Assembly (NCBI GenBank): GCA_000320545.1
Contig: ADNK01001423.1
Coordinates: forward strand, 1 to 64,000
Length of the DNA: 64,000 nucleotides
DNA from: Bigelowiella natans CCMP2755
Lineage: Eukaryota > Protista > Cercozoa
Reading direction: 5' to 3'
Both the position numbers and the translations under genes were made by a program. Below, in pieces: positions 1 to 13,953 of the stretch. Within the stretch, counting starts at the first letter, position 1; every line of letters begins with the position of its first letter. The notes beneath the pieces were generated by a model that was given only the letters and a program-made list of their open reading frames with translations, was not told the origin of the DNA and made no database searches.

Positions 1-33
<33 letters not shown>

Positions 34-90
34 CATCCCTCTCTCTCTCCACCCACACACACACACACACACACACTCTCTCTCTCCCCC

Positions 91-183
<93 letters not shown>
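1..183. repeat. Compound microsatellite (CT)n-(CA)n-(TA)n in a RAPTOR intron
   Basis: Directly visible dinucleotide runs. Confidence 0.95.
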
Positions 184-189
<6 letters not shown>

Positions 190-213
190 ATGTATAATAT
201 TGCTGCTATGTAC

Positions 214-1447
214 CTGTGCGTAGCGCTTAGAAGAGACTGCATCGCAATAGGCAGCTGCAATGGTGCAACGAGTGCACGATGCGTGTTGTGTCGGCGACGA
301 CGATGATGAGGGGGAGGAAGAAGACGCATTTGCTCACAGTACTCACTATGATGATCATCGTGCTGTATTATTGTATTTTCGCCTCTTCCTCCTCCATCGT
401 CTTTCTTCTTTCTCTTTGCATCCCTCATCTTGCTTAAAACATGTGGTTGTTGCTGTTGTTGTCGTCGTTGTTGCAGCAGCACCAGCAGCCGTTGTTTCTC
501 GTCTTCTATTTCCTTGGCATTCCCCTCGTCTATGGCTGCTGCAGCTGCTGCATACTTGGCCAAGGAGGCACTAGACGTACGCGAGAGATAAAGCTGAAAG
601 CTTACCAGTTGCTGATTGAAGAAACCTCGTGGTGATAGTTTTAGCGGCGTGAATGAGCTCATTGGGAGGCGCTGGTGCAAGGCATGTCTTACACGTTGCA
701 GAGTTCCATCGACAACCAAATCCCAGCTCTTCCAAAGCCTGTGGTGGAGAATCAACTCCTGCGGCACCTCAGGAACCGACACTGGCTTTAGATTCAACGA
801 TGACTTGAAAATACGAATGGCAAGGAGAAAGTTGCGGAACAGGCTAGCAACAAGCACGTCCTTTGGTATATAGAAGGACAGACAGACAGAGCAGCAGACA
901 AAGGAGGAGGAGAACACCACGAATCATCATGGTGAGTAGCGATATCTATATACGTTGTTAACTATTATATGACACTGTCATTTAATTCATTGTAGGTAGT
1001 AAAACCTGGCGGTATAGCTTCGTAAATGTGTCTGCTGGGAGAAGATCGAAGGCTATTGCGTCTGTGATTGAAGTTAAAGCCCAGTTCAATTCTCCATGCA
1101 ATGTATCTCGCTGATTTGCCCTCCCTCCCCAGGGCATCTTTCCGTGCGAATTCTCATCAAAGGGGAGTGCACGGAGTATCTCCTCAGAATAGCCATACAA
1201 GTCCCGTGCCTCCTGTGAGTGCAGGACAAACCACCTGTGTGTTGTTTACCAGAGAAATAATACAGCTTAGGTATGATTCCATAATATTGTTGTTATCTGA
1301 CGTCGTAAGATATTGCCGTTCATCCAACTCAATCAGTCAACTTCCTCGCTAGGTATTGGTAATATTAGAAACTACAACCACCATTCGCGATTATAATCGT
1401 ACTAATTTGATGGCTAGAGCGATGGTATATCCTCATGAAGTATTGTC

Positions 1448-1489
<42 letters not shown>

Positions 1490-2239
1490 GACGACGACGA
1501 CGACGACGACGACACCACCTGAGAGAAGTTCTCACAGGAGTGAGAAGGCAGGACGAAAACAGATCAGCGGGGAAATCAGGATTGCTGGAAAGAGTCTCCT
1601 CACTGGAACAAGCTCCAAGAAACAATGCATCACCAAAGAGTAGGGAATCAGGAATGTTCTCCAGCTTCTTGCTCTTTGTCGCACCAGCAAAGGATGCTGA
1701 CGACGATAACGACGATAGGTCCGTTGAACGACGATGACGACGATATCTGCCATCATTGGCCCCCCCCATGTGTTTCAAAATATTACGGGATCTTCGCTTT
1801 CGTCGCCGTCGTTTCTGCAGAAATCTACGGAAGTTGTCCACGACACGCCCAGCATTCGAGCAGTCTAAAATGTACAGGGAAGGAAGTGGCATATAGATAA
1901 CATCGTCTTCTGCATCATCTTCCTCCACGTCGTCGTGATGGTCTTGTCGATCGTCTTCTTTGCTAGTGTGGGATGCTGCTCCTCTTACAATGGGTACCAT
2001 TCCCATCCATGTCTGTATTTCGTAGAGCGACACAGGAATATACTTGGTGTAATCCTTATTGAAGCACCAAATTTCACCGTTCTTTGATGGCCTGGTGTTA
2101 CGAGAAGAAGAAGAAGAAGAAGAAGAAGAAGAAGAAGAAGAAGAAGAAGAAGAAGGGGGGAGGCAAATATCATCGATATCCGTTAAGAACGGATGTCTAC
2201 ACCCAAGATGAGAAGGTTACTGCTACTAAACATATTCTG

Positions 2240-2271
<32 letters not shown>

Positions 2272-2850
2272 ATCCCAATTGTCCATCATTCCTATGTTCA
2301 AATTATTATCATTATTACTATTACTAATAATAATGACACAGACCTTGGGACACCCTGACCGTTGTAGTGCATCAGGACTCGATTTCTCTGAGCAATTCGC
2401 CTAATCATTGCGAGAATGATGAGCATCAACACTTCGTTTTCTCCATCATTTTACTGCTGATAAATGTATTATTCTAGAGGGCCAATAGGAAGCTGCATGC
2501 ATGAATCAAAACTCACCTTAGAGACGTAAGTTGTTGCTGGATTTGAGACACGTTGGGGTCAAGGAGCTGACGGTATCTGTATTTAGGCAATAATATGCAA
2601 ATTAATAAATAATAAACTTGACAGAGCGCTGCCAATGACCAAGTGACTCAATTTAGTTTCTAAAGCTTTTCGTTTTTTTCTTTTGCAAATATTAATTTCT
2701 CTCGATTTGTCGTCTTTCTACCGCGATCGTGGTTGCCAGAATTGGTACTGGCTCTGAAGGCGGTTGCCAATGATCTTTAAAGCTTCCATCGATGTGCACG
2801 ATAACGGGTCGAACCAACACTGTGCTCGCGCATATGGAGCATGCTTCACA

Positions 2851-2896
<46 letters not shown>

Positions 2897-3015
2897 TACA
2901 ACGGAAATATAGGCAAAGAGAGACCGTGATTGTGGTCTTAATTTAAGGAAAGGGAAGTGGAAACAAAGCAAGCCTCCCCCCTCATTATGTATTTTTGAAA
3001 AGCGTAGAGGAGCAG

Positions 3016-3048
<33 letters not shown>

Positions 3049-3475
3049 TCTGTACAAAAGCACTAACTACTACTACTACTACTACTACTACTACCTTTGC
3101 TTGATCGGGAGGATCTATACCGATATTCAGACAGAGCACAAGAGCACTTCCAACAGTCGATATCCTTTTTTCACAATCGCTCCGCAGTTTCATACACTCA
3201 TACTCACGATCCTTTTGCCGTGCCTAATCAAAGCATGAAGCAGCCAACAAAGTGTAGAATAAGCGTGCGAGTTTGCTGGGCTGACCCGGATATTCCAAGA
3301 TGTGCAAAGGAATAATGAAGGAATTATGGAGATAGAATAAACGTATCGATTTGAAACAGCGTGTTCTTATCATTAGCATAACCTTGAGGTCCTCATAATG
3401 TATCTCATCTCTCTCGCAAGAGCCAGAGATCAGATACTGGTAGCCTTCTTCTGTCTCAGCCACCTTCAAACTCAT
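214..3475 (-). CDS. RAPTOR: Regulatory-associated protein of TOR (RAPTOR/KOG1), multi-exon, 3' part continues beyond position 1
   Basis: Spliced exons give RAPTOR N-terminal motifs: STVGSALVLCLNIGIDPPD, QCWFDP..GNRLQSQYQFWQPR, RVLMHYNGQGVPRPSKNGEIWCFNKDYTKYIPVSLYEIQTWMG, DCSNAG, PDFPADLFSSCLLTP, GELNWALTSITDAIA, YRQDVLVASLFRNFLLA, QLPIAMQSLLS. GT-AG introns lie between them. Confidence 0.95.
2102..2156. repeat. (AAG)n intronic microsatellite, representative of dozens of di- and trinucleotide SSRs in 1-15.5 kb and 52-64 kb
   Basis: Directly visible. On the sense (-) strand it reads (CTT)n just upstream of a 3' splice site. Confidence 0.95.
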
Positions 3476-3641
3476 GCCTTACTAGTTATTTGCCCATTGC
3501 CAGCACTAATCTTTGTTCGTGCCCACGGGAGCCACAACTATTAATTGTAATTTTTTTTCGGAGAATAGGGGTGCACCACCGGCTCTTCTTCTTCTTCTTC
3601 TTCTCCTTCTTCTTTATCTTGCTATGAAGAGAGAGAGAGAG

Positions 3642-3683
<42 letters not shown>

Positions 3684-4090
3684 TGTATGTGTGTGTTTTC
3701 AACCCTACTGAGTTTGCCGATAAGATCAATAGTAGACAATAACACACCGAAAATATCTTAGGAAATATTTACGAATATGATGTACAAAATGATGTATACA
3801 TACTTTCCCAATATTCGATAAGCTGCATTACAAAAATAATCTTGCATGAGATAGATTCTTTCTAACAACAATACCAACAAAAATAATTTCCATTTATCTC
3901 TCCTAGATGTTATTTGCAATATATTTTCCCTAATTAGTGAGTCAGTTTATCTTTGCATTATCACGCCCATGGACATGATCATCATCAACAACAACAATAA
4001 CAACAACAACGACAACAACGACAACAACTTAAGCAACACACGAGAGAGCACACAAAGGCTTAATTGCTTGCCGTTTTCGGATTGTTAATG

Positions 4091-4102
4091 TTTGGCGCCA
4101 AA
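4091..4102. promoter_or_regulatory. Palindromic E2F-like motif in the RAPTOR / IQ-PDZ head-to-head spacer
   Basis: TTTGGCGCCAAA, a perfect palindrome that fits the E2F consensus on both strands. Confidence 0.35.
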
Positions 4103-4602
4103 TACGGTGGAGAAGAAAACACGATAAATTCCAGTAGAATCTAGTAGTGCGTCATGAAGAAAGATATGTCGCAATGTGAGAAACACGATCGGTTACCACT
4201 TGCCGCTATCATGTGTTCTCTGTCGTCATAAATAGGTGGAAGTAGGCGTGCACGCTCGTATGGGTTCCTACAACTACTGCTACTAGGTCAGCTCTTGGAA
4301 ATCATTGCGTAAGATCAACATGCAGTCGGGGGAGGAAAAGGCAAGCCAACAGACAGCAGCAAAAGAATTTCCGAATGTCGGCCCTTCAGCGCCTGGTGTT
4401 TCTGACAATGGCTTCGATGAGAGCATCCGAGATCTCCACACCCGTCGATTAGTAAACTTAACAGCCGCCTGTTTCACCTGTCTGCCATTAATTATTGTCA
4501 TTTTAGGAATGGGTTCGGAACGCTGAGCAGCTACTACATTCGGCTGAACACTTACCAGATTATTCTCAAAATTCACGGCGCAGCGATCCGTTCAACAGGA
4601 CC

Positions 4603-5545
4603 ATGCCCCCTACTTCAAATACTTCCTCTAAGCATTCTAGTGCTCCAGAGAATTCCCAATCAACTCCTCAGCTCCCTGTAAGCGTTATCACCCCTGATTC
4701 GAGTCCAGAGTTGCTAGTCGCCGACATTCATTGGGGTGGAAGGAAACAGACAAGGAGCACTTTGAACAGTAAGCGCCAAACCTCCTCCTCCTCCTCCTCC
4801 CCCTCCCCCCTACCTGAGGATGATTTCGAGCCTCCTGAATTACAATTGAGCAAGCCAGCCCAATCGGTCGATAACAACGAAGTCGAAATATTAAAATTTA
4901 ATGCAGCAGCCCGAAGTTTCTCACTCTCGAGGCCTTCTGATCACCAAAATAAGAGAGCAACTGAAGATGATGAAACAAAAAAGGAAAAGGAGGCCTCGAC
5001 TGCTACCGAATCACCGTCATCATCATCTTTATTATCCGCTCCTCACCCAACAACAACACAAGCGCAGCAACCTAGTAGTTCTACTATCAGCAGCAGCAGC
5101 AACAACAACAACAGCATTCCAGCTACCTTAGATGAGACGACTACCGAGCTAGTAGTAGAACAAAAAGAACAAAACCTTGAGATCAGCGTCGAGCAGCCGC
5201 AGCAGCAGCAGCCTGAAACGGTTATTACTGGCAGCAGTATTATCGACAGGCAAGAGAATGAGAAGGAGAATTCTCATCATCCCAGAGCCGATATAAGAAT
5301 ATCGGAGCATGATCAAACGACACCCCCATCATCATCATTATCATCATCATCACCACCATCATCCGTGATGACTCTTCCTCAACGTCCTACTAGATTTGTT
5401 CGTCCTCGTTCGAGAAAGATGAATCGTCTACGGATGAGCAGATCTCTTAACAGACTCAATATAAGGCTAAAAGCAATTAAAACCATCCAAAAATGGCTAC
5501 GTGGACGAATGAAGATACGTCGGATAATGAAATGGGTAGCACTCG

Positions 5546-5579
<34 letters not shown>

Positions 5580-6309
5580 GGCAATATCGTGAAAACTAAA
5601 AATGAGGCGTCGTTCTTCTATTAACATTGAATTATTGTGTGCTTCATGTCCTCAGCGTATAGCATCAATGGCGTTGGTTCGGCGGCATCATAGGAATTGC
5701 ATAAGCAGTTGCAGTAGTAATAGTAGTGGTATTTCTATCAAGAATCATCAAGAAATCAAACCAGCATATGGAATGGGGGACAATTATAGGGACAGGCGCT
5801 TTGGGGGGGGTAGTAATACATTAGGGAACTACTCTTCCTCTTCTTCTTCTTCTTCTTCTTCAAATCGAGGAGTAGAAAAGGCCCGAGCATATGCCAAAGC
5901 ATATATAATTCGTAGCATATACAGGAGCACAGAATGTACAACTCTCAGAAACCAAATCAAGGATATTCGAGTACGTTTATAATCTCTCACGACGATTAGC
6001 GTGTGGTAGTACTTCTAAAAATAACAGAATGATTGTGCTCTCTCCTCCTCCTCCTCCTCCTTCTCCTTCCTTTCCCCTCTTTAATGTTCGTATAGACTAT
6101 GATAAACGAGATTCGGGAGGAAGATGGAAACTCTACTCACAAAGCTAGCTTTGAGAAACAACTAAGGAGTCAGGTATATTGTCTCATCATCATCATCATC
6201 CTCACTATTATCCCTCCGCATGCTCAACAATAATTTAAAAACCGTTTCTAATGATGATGTGGTACTTTTAATGCTGCTACTACCACTCCTACTACCACTC
6301 CTCCTCCTC

Positions 6310-6344
<35 letters not shown>

Positions 6345-9300
6345 GCTATATCTCATGGATGAGCTGATTGTACGCTCACTCCTCATCGAAGGAGAAAGGA
6401 TAACTGCTGCTGGTGGTGGTGTTGGTTAAGCTGCCAAGATTAATTATTTCCTCCTCCTCCTCCTCCTCCTCCTCCTCCTCCTCATCCTCCCCATCCCCCC
6501 CTCCCCCTCCCTGTTGTCTTTATCAGATGGAGCGTGCACGCATACAAGCGTTAGATCTATTCGAGAGACGTAGGAGCCTTGTGACGCTACTCAAGAAGAA
6601 AAGACCTATACAAAGAAGAATAGCTGCTCCTTCAGTCCAACGGCCCCTCGATCTTAAGAAAGTCAAGGAGGCATGGGCACAACAAAGGGGAGGAGGAGGA
6701 GATGATCATGATCATGATGATGAAAAGGAGAAGAAGGAGAGAGAGGCAGTAACAAGTTCATCTGGTGCTCAAAGCAGCTCCTACCACCCTCAGAATAATA
6801 CAAAGAAAATGGTGTGGACCGAGGCTGCTGATAATAGCATTAAGCGGCAGCACTTAAAAACTGACGTTACAGTTCGGTTTGAACCTGGATCAGTTGGGCT
6901 TGTTCTCAAGGTGCTGATGATGCTGATGATGATGACGATGACGATAATGATGATTGTGATCAAAATACTCACACCATCAAAAGTCTCTATTATTTTTTGA
7001 ATTGAGTGCCACAGCTGCTGTATTCATCTTTACATTTTTCACATCGCCACCACCATCATCATCGTCATCATCATTGCTTCTTCTCATCATCAGACATCGA
7101 GTGCGTGTGTTAGCGCAATTCACCGAGGCAAGCAAGCAGATAGCAAAGGAATAAAACCGGGTTGGCTTGTTACTGAGGTGGGTGCTCATAGCAGTAGTAA
7201 TAGTGCTGCTACTTTGAACAACTGCTGCTACTCACTGACCCAGAGGGAGAGATGGTTATTGCCCCAATCAATCGATGAACTGAGGAGGAGGAAGAAGAAG
7301 AAGAAGAAGAAGAAGATCAGGATGGACCTGATGGACTACTATTATATATTTGGCAGCATGTTGTATGATGTAGTATTGTTCAATTCGCTATAATGTTACT
7401 TTGTTTATACGATGAAGGTAAACGGGAGAAAAGTATCGTCTCCAGACAGAATAGTATCACTGCTTGGTGTGTAGTAGTAGAAGTAGTGATAGTAGGCCTT
7501 TGTTCCGACACTAATTGTTGCATCATCATACTTCATAATTGCGGAGAAATGAAATATATCTTCCAAATTGTCATTGTCTTCTCACTACTTCTCAGCGACT
7601 TCACGTGATTCAGAAAGACCGTATACGGTCGGTTTTGCCAAGGTATGAGGATGATGATGATGATGAATATTGTTGCTCGTGCATCATCAATACTGTCACT
7701 AGTTGTTTTGTTTCAAAGGGTTGGGCTTGACCACCACCATCACCACATCATACATGTTGTGCTGCTGAATAGGGTAAGAACAATATTGCATGGTCAACAA
7801 CCAAGGAAGAAGACACCTCCCCTTTGAAAAGAGGAGAGGCGTACAGCAGCAGCGGCAGGGCTAGTAACAGTAGTTGTTCACCTCACAAAGATGATGATCT
7901 GTTTATCGCTACTACACGTAGTAGTAGTCACCAGCAACATCCAAAGCATCTTGCTGGTGGTGTCCAAGAGTCTTTTTCCTATCTTCAACATCATGATCAT
8001 GATCATCAAAACGGGGACTTCGAGGAGGGACTTCATCATCATCATCAAGAGGACAATCAGACTACTTCAGCGATGATGATGATGATGAAGAAGAAGAAAA
8101 AGAAGAAAAGGATCATATCTCACAAGCTCAATTGGTTATAAAACCTCTCCATCAACAGCCACTACGTGATAATAATGATCATAATAATATATACTGCTGT
8201 AAAAGTTACTGTTCAACTTATGACTCGATTCCTCCTCCTCAACTTAATAGTTATTCATATTCATCATCTTTCTATCGTTCTCTTGTGCTCCATCGCCATA
8301 ATGATGATCAATGATGTTTGTATGCAGGTCAGCCAAACCGCGTACAGTAACTAGGCTGGAGACAAGATACAAGCCAAAGATAAAGAACAAGTCAAAAGCT
8401 AAGAAGAAGGTATTGTAGTATTACTCAACATCATCATCAAACACGCACTTCGGAGGAAAGCTGTAACGAGAATAAATTAATGAGCAACTCAAATAGTTCC
8501 ATCTTTATTTTCGGCTTATTTTCCTCATGATATCTTCACAATTGTTCTTGTTATTATTCGTGTAGAATCGAGTTTCTGTTAATAAATCAAAACTAGATTT
8601 CTCCAAAATCAAGGTGGTGATGATCGGCTTTTGATACTAGAATTTTGAATAATGAGCGGAAACAGAAGTAGCTACTTTTTAAGAAGACGTATATATTCTG
8701 GGAGGTGGGGGGAGGGGAATCACTGCTAATCTATACGTTCAGCTCACAAATGGATAATCCCGTTATGTACGAGAAGTATGTTGAGGTTTTTTAAGTAGAT
8801 TTATCACCATCATCTACACTCCACCATAATTGATTGACTCATCATGTTAATATCCACCTTGATCGTGTGCTGGTACAGAGCAAAATAGATTCACGATGGG
8901 CCAACTCCTCCCCCTCCTCTGCAAAGGATAACAGCAACAACAACGAGGACGGTAGTAATGCATTGTACCCTTCTGTGGAATCACACTGATAAAAGTTGGG
9001 TACTCGATCTGTCTTGTTATTCTCTTCTTCTTCTTCTTCTTCTTCTTCTTCTTCTTGTCTCTTGCAAAATGTAGATACTTACGAGAAACTGGAATTGAAA
9101 GCAACCATCAAACGAGGAGGAGGAGGGAGAAGGAAGGGAGGAAAGACCAAACAAAATAAAGAGGCCGGTAATGCTTTATACATCACGTAAAATCAGAAAA
9201 GTATATGCCACTTAATAAATTCTAAATGCAGCAAGATACAGATAATATGACAATGATGATGATGATTACGACGATGGTGATGCAACAATCGATTTATCCA

Positions 9301-9482
9301 CTGGCTGGTTTTTCTTCAGGTGTTGGTGCTGGTGGCGCGCCTCAGGAGATCCGAGGTTATTATATTAGCAGCAGCATATATGCCTTCTCATTTCATGTCC
9401 TACTTCTTTTGTCTCTATCCACGTATTTCTGCTGCGACTACACCTTATACTCCGAATAATATGAGGAAGTTGCTGCAACTCG

Positions 9483-9520
<38 letters not shown>

Positions 9521-9758
9521 TTGTTGTTGTTGTCAGGCAATAAGGACAAATTTTTTATCAACGTGTCGGACTATCGTAAAGCAATGATGAGGACTTCTCG
9601 CTTTGCTACACCACCGTCTTCATCGTACACACATTCGTCATCAATTCCGAGTGGTGGTGATGAAGGTATTGGGACCTCAAACAATAGGCGCATAACGACA
9701 AATAGTAGTAGTAGTTCAAACGCAGAAACAATGCGTAGCACCGCTGCTCGAGATACTG

Positions 9759-9790
<32 letters not shown>

Positions 9791-10156
9791 TTGTCATCAT
9801 TATCAAGAACAGTACGAAAACCTCGGTACTGGTCTTCGTTGCCAAGGAAGGGTGGTGCTGCTGGTGATGACGCTGCTGCTAATACAGAAGAAAAGCTTAC
9901 ACCCTCACTTCAAAAGCTCCACAATATGGATGCAATTCTTATGGACGTAGAACAGACAATAGAATTACTAATAGGAAGGGAAGGGAAACTGCACATCTTC
10001 GATCCCCCCAGCAGCGATAACAACGCAACCACAACCACCACCACCCGTCGTGAAACTAGGATCCCACATGTGTCAAACCCCAAAGGGCTGTTCACGCTCG
10101 TTCGAAATCCTGTGTTTCAGTCTCGTCTGCAAGTATTGATGGCTCAGCAGCGCTGA
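4603..10156 (+). CDS. Large low-complexity protein with an IQ calmodulin-binding motif and a PDZ-like domain; multi-exon, 3' exon structure uncertain
   Basis: IQ motif IQKWLRGRMKIRR at 5485-5523. Joining four exons (~6865-7650) gives VRFEPGSVGLVLK|TSSACVSAIHRGKQADSKGIKPGWLVTE|VNGRKVSSPDRIVSLL|ATSRDSERPYTVGFAK, a PDZ-like pattern. The last long ORF ends at TGA 10156. Confidence 0.6.
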
Positions 10157-10310
10157 TGTGCTCTAAATATGTGACCATACGAAAGTAGGGGTACGTATGC
10201 AAATTTTCTCGTCATGTTCAAAACACACTTAGGAAATTTATAAAAGCATGAGAAACTAAATTCTAATTTCGAATCTCATGTTTGGTGAAGGCACGCTGCG
10301 TACATGCGTG

Positions 10311-10375
10311 TATGAGACGGGTGTAATGAATTGATTAAATCGCTTTCAATGGTCATCCTAACCAGCTAATGTAGC
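10311..10375 (-). repeat. Copy A of a ~55-65 bp dispersed element in tail-to-tail spacers
   Basis: Reverse complement gctacattagctggttaggatgaccattgaaagcgatttaatcaattcattacacccgtctcata aligns with 35851-35906 and 51126-51180. Confidence 0.85.
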
Positions 10376-10403
10376 GCTGTGCAATGTAGCAATGCGTGCG
10401 CAT

Positions 10404-10456
10404 GTGTAAAACGGATGCAATTAAGTGATCAAATCTTTTCAATGGTCATCCATGTA
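10404..10456 (-). repeat. Copy B (more diverged, tandem to copy A) of the dispersed element
   Basis: Reverse complement catggatgaccattgaaaagatttgatcacttaattgcatccgttttaca shares ggatgacNattgaaaagattt..catccgt with the other copies. Confidence 0.75.
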
Positions 10457-10789
10457 TGCAAGCTACAAATAGCAAAACAGCTGTGTGTGTACTGTCTAGC
10501 TAGGTGTACGACACAATTAATACAAGTTCTGACTCTAATAATAACTGCTATATGAGCTAACAGCCATTGGACGCGTACATTTCTAAATGTGCACGCCACG
10601 CTACGTGCAGCCATGGAAGAAACGTTTCAGTCATCTAGCTGACACTCTACTATCTGCCTTTAGATGTAGCAGAACGTGCGCACGTGTGGAGCATTTGTTC
10701 GCATGCGCCTTCACCAATGTAACCATTGCATTCCATATGCTTAACAAACTAGTTAAGGCTACTAGTCCACAGCATGGCTATGATGTACA

Positions 10790-10830
<41 letters not shown>

Positions 10831-11115
10831 CTAGGTATGTGCGCGCGCGCGATGCAAATCCATGAGCCTTTTTCAGGTGTCTGTCTATCAACAATCTTCT
10901 TAATAAGGTTGCTTACTTGTAATTTGCATTATAGAGAGATCTTCACGAAATTCAACGCATATGTCGGTTCTATTACCACCTCTAGTCTGGGCAAGTACCG
11001 AATTCCAATTTCCTCCAATCTCTTTCATCGAATCAATGTAGGACAAGTTTACGATAACACCCCACCACCTCTTTCGCAACACTGCATTCACACGATGTTG
11101 TTGAAAACTAACTGA

Positions 11116-11377
11116 TCATTTTGGGAATCTTCTCCGATCATTTGTAGCCGCACGCAAACGTTCGAGGTGCACATGGTCAAGGAGAGTGGAAGGGGGCACA
11201 CCTTTGTAGTAGTTGTAGTAGTAATGCAAATGAGAAGAATCAGAATCGGTGGAACTAATGGTTCAGAAGAGTATAACAGGGAGCTGCTGCTTATGGTTAC
11301 GTACTATTGTTGTTGTATTATAATCACAGTTTACAACAAGTAGTTCATTAACAGCTATCAGAGCGCTCACTCAATTA

Positions 11378-11420
<43 letters not shown>

Positions 11421-12219
11421 GTAATTGTCAATAATTATTAGAAGCTCTTCTTCTTCATCATCTTCTTCTTCCTCTTCACTATCATGATCACCACGCAGTA
11501 GGAAGTAGCACCACTGCACTTATTGCTGACAAACAAGCACCCACCCATCTTTGCAAAGCATATAGGAAGCAGAGAATCCTGGACATCATCGTATGCAAGA
11601 GCTACAGTGTGCAATGCCGATTGCATTGCTGCCTTGCCAATCGTAGCAGTGTTTGTACTCATCTCAGATACCCTGTTATTTGAGGATGGATCATGGTCAT
11701 CATGATGATGTTGATGATGATAGATCACGATGAAGGACCATGTTTTCGCATGAGAAACACCAAGAACAACAAGAAGAAGAAGAAGAAAAAGAACGGCAAG
11801 AAGAAGAAGAAGAAGAAGAAGAAGAAGAAGAAAGATAATTCTTCTCCATATCCGTGCCACATACTTAATTGAGATCATCATTACAATCTTGATTCTTCTT
11901 CTTCTTCTTCTTCTTCTTGTTTTTCTTCTTTTTCTCTACATGCTATTATTACATGGGCAGGTCCTTAAGGCTCAGAGGGATGTTGGTAACACCTGTTTTG
12001 ATTATATAAGTGAGTGAGTGTGTGTGTGTGTGTGTATACACAAGATGATGATAATAATGATGATGACGATGACGACTATGATGATGGCCAATCGAGTAGT
12101 ACCGAAACCAGGAGTCGATGGATAACATTTTGTTGTTGCTTATTGTTCTTAATTTGTTGCATCATCATCGTCGTCATCATCATCATCATCGTCGTCATCA
12201 AGATAATCTTTCCATCTCT

Positions 12220-12263
<44 letters not shown>

Positions 12264-12677
12264 ATCGATTGATTAAATACTACCAGATTCCTCCAGATGG
12301 GGGGAGGACATGTAATTCCTTCTTCTGCTACTGCTGCTGCTGGCTCGAGAGTGGTAGTAGCTAGAGCTGGTGTAGCTACTACTGCTACTACCACTACTGC
12401 GTGAAACGACGACTGGCAAGAAGACAAGTACAACACAGCAGAGGCATTACTCGTAAATTAGACCAACAACAGCTCATAAATTGTAACAAGATAATAGATC
12501 GTGATAAGTGTGAGGCCTTTGATTGGATCATACACTTGTTCGTTGCTCATGTATCTAAATCACGGCATATAGATTAATCTGATGAAATGACAGTTTTTTT
12601 TGGTTGTGGCGTGGTAGATAGTAGGGTTCTTCTCTCCTCTCCCTACCCTCCCTTCGTGCAACGTTTCTGGCTCGAAT

Positions 12678-12713
<36 letters not shown>

Positions 12714-13421
12714 AGTAGTAGTGCTGCTATTGTTTATGAGTAGCCGCGTATTAATACCATCTTTTGCCTTTCCAGAGATGTAACGTCCGGAAGAAGAAGA
12801 AGAAGAAGAAGAATGGCGAACAACGGCTCTCGTTGTTGTTGTTTTTGTTAATGATGAGGAGGAGGAATGGTGTCGGCCTCCTTTCGCACTGTGGCGGGTA
12901 GTAGTAGTAGCAGTAGAAGTATTTCTATTGTTAGTATTGTTGGTAGTGGAGACTATTACGTGGCGATGAGTAGTAGGTGCTGTAGCGGTAGCAGATGTGC
13001 GAACAAGCTTAGGTTCCCAATCAGCAATCACGTTTGCATGGACTGCTGCTTCTCTACTCTTCTTCCTCTTCGCCGTTAGGCCGTATGCGTGGATGGCCTA
13101 TCATAAAATAATGAGAGCGATAATAATTAACATTATTATTTTTATTATTTGTGGAAGTATTATTATTACTATTAGTAGTAGTAGTAGTAGTAGTAGTAGT
13201 AGGAGTAACGTGGAGTAGTAGTGACGTAAAGCTGATAGGTAGTAAACAACTACGGGAATCGGGATCATCCTTTGACCACACGTCTGACCATGCAGCACTG
13301 CAAGTAGTAGTACTAGTAGTAGTAGTATTCGTGGTAGTATTCGTAGCTAACAACACCTGTTCAATGTAATACTTGCCCATCAACTTCTGCAATTCATTGC
13401 CAAACGACTCCACGTAGTCCA

Positions 13422-13461
<40 letters not shown>

Positions 13462-13706
13462 CGGCTTAATATAGTGGTAGTAAGTTATAACGATGATGAT
13501 GATTAATATTGATAATGATGTTCTTAAAAGAGCCACCACCACCTGCTAAGTCCGTAAGCACATCTACCGCCTGGCCTCGTGCACCGTCAAATCTTATTTA
13601 ATGTAGTAAGCAGATGTAGTAAGGAGCGAGCGAAAGCATTAACATCTTAAGGACAATAACAGCATCGCAATCAATTCCTTCAAATCTCCCTCTCTCTCTC
13701 TCCCTG

Positions 13707-13765
<59 letters not shown>

Positions 13766-13918
13766 TGTTCACGTTGCTGCATATATGTATGTATGTATGT
13801 ATGTATGTAGTGCTGCTGTCCAGAACAACCACAGGGAGAGAGACAGACAGACAGCCACACACGCAACAGCCACACACACAACGCACCACAAAAGGCTAGA
13901 ATGAGAATTTATTATTTA

Positions 13919-13953
<35 letters not shown>

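Larger units (their letters stand above)
10260..10870. other. Palindrome-rich convergent spacer (IQ-PDZ gene / histone-fold gene)
   Basis: Dense ctag/catg/tgca/cgcg words (gtctagctag, cgtgcgcacg, gcgcgcgcgc), two copies of the dispersed element and a (GT)n run, between two stop codons. Confidence 0.7.

Noticed and set aside
1235-1518. RAPTOR intron with CAGGTGGT at both junctions as an introner/target-site duplication
   Set aside because: Most of the match is the ordinary CAG|GT splice consensus, and I found no second intron with similar internal sequence.
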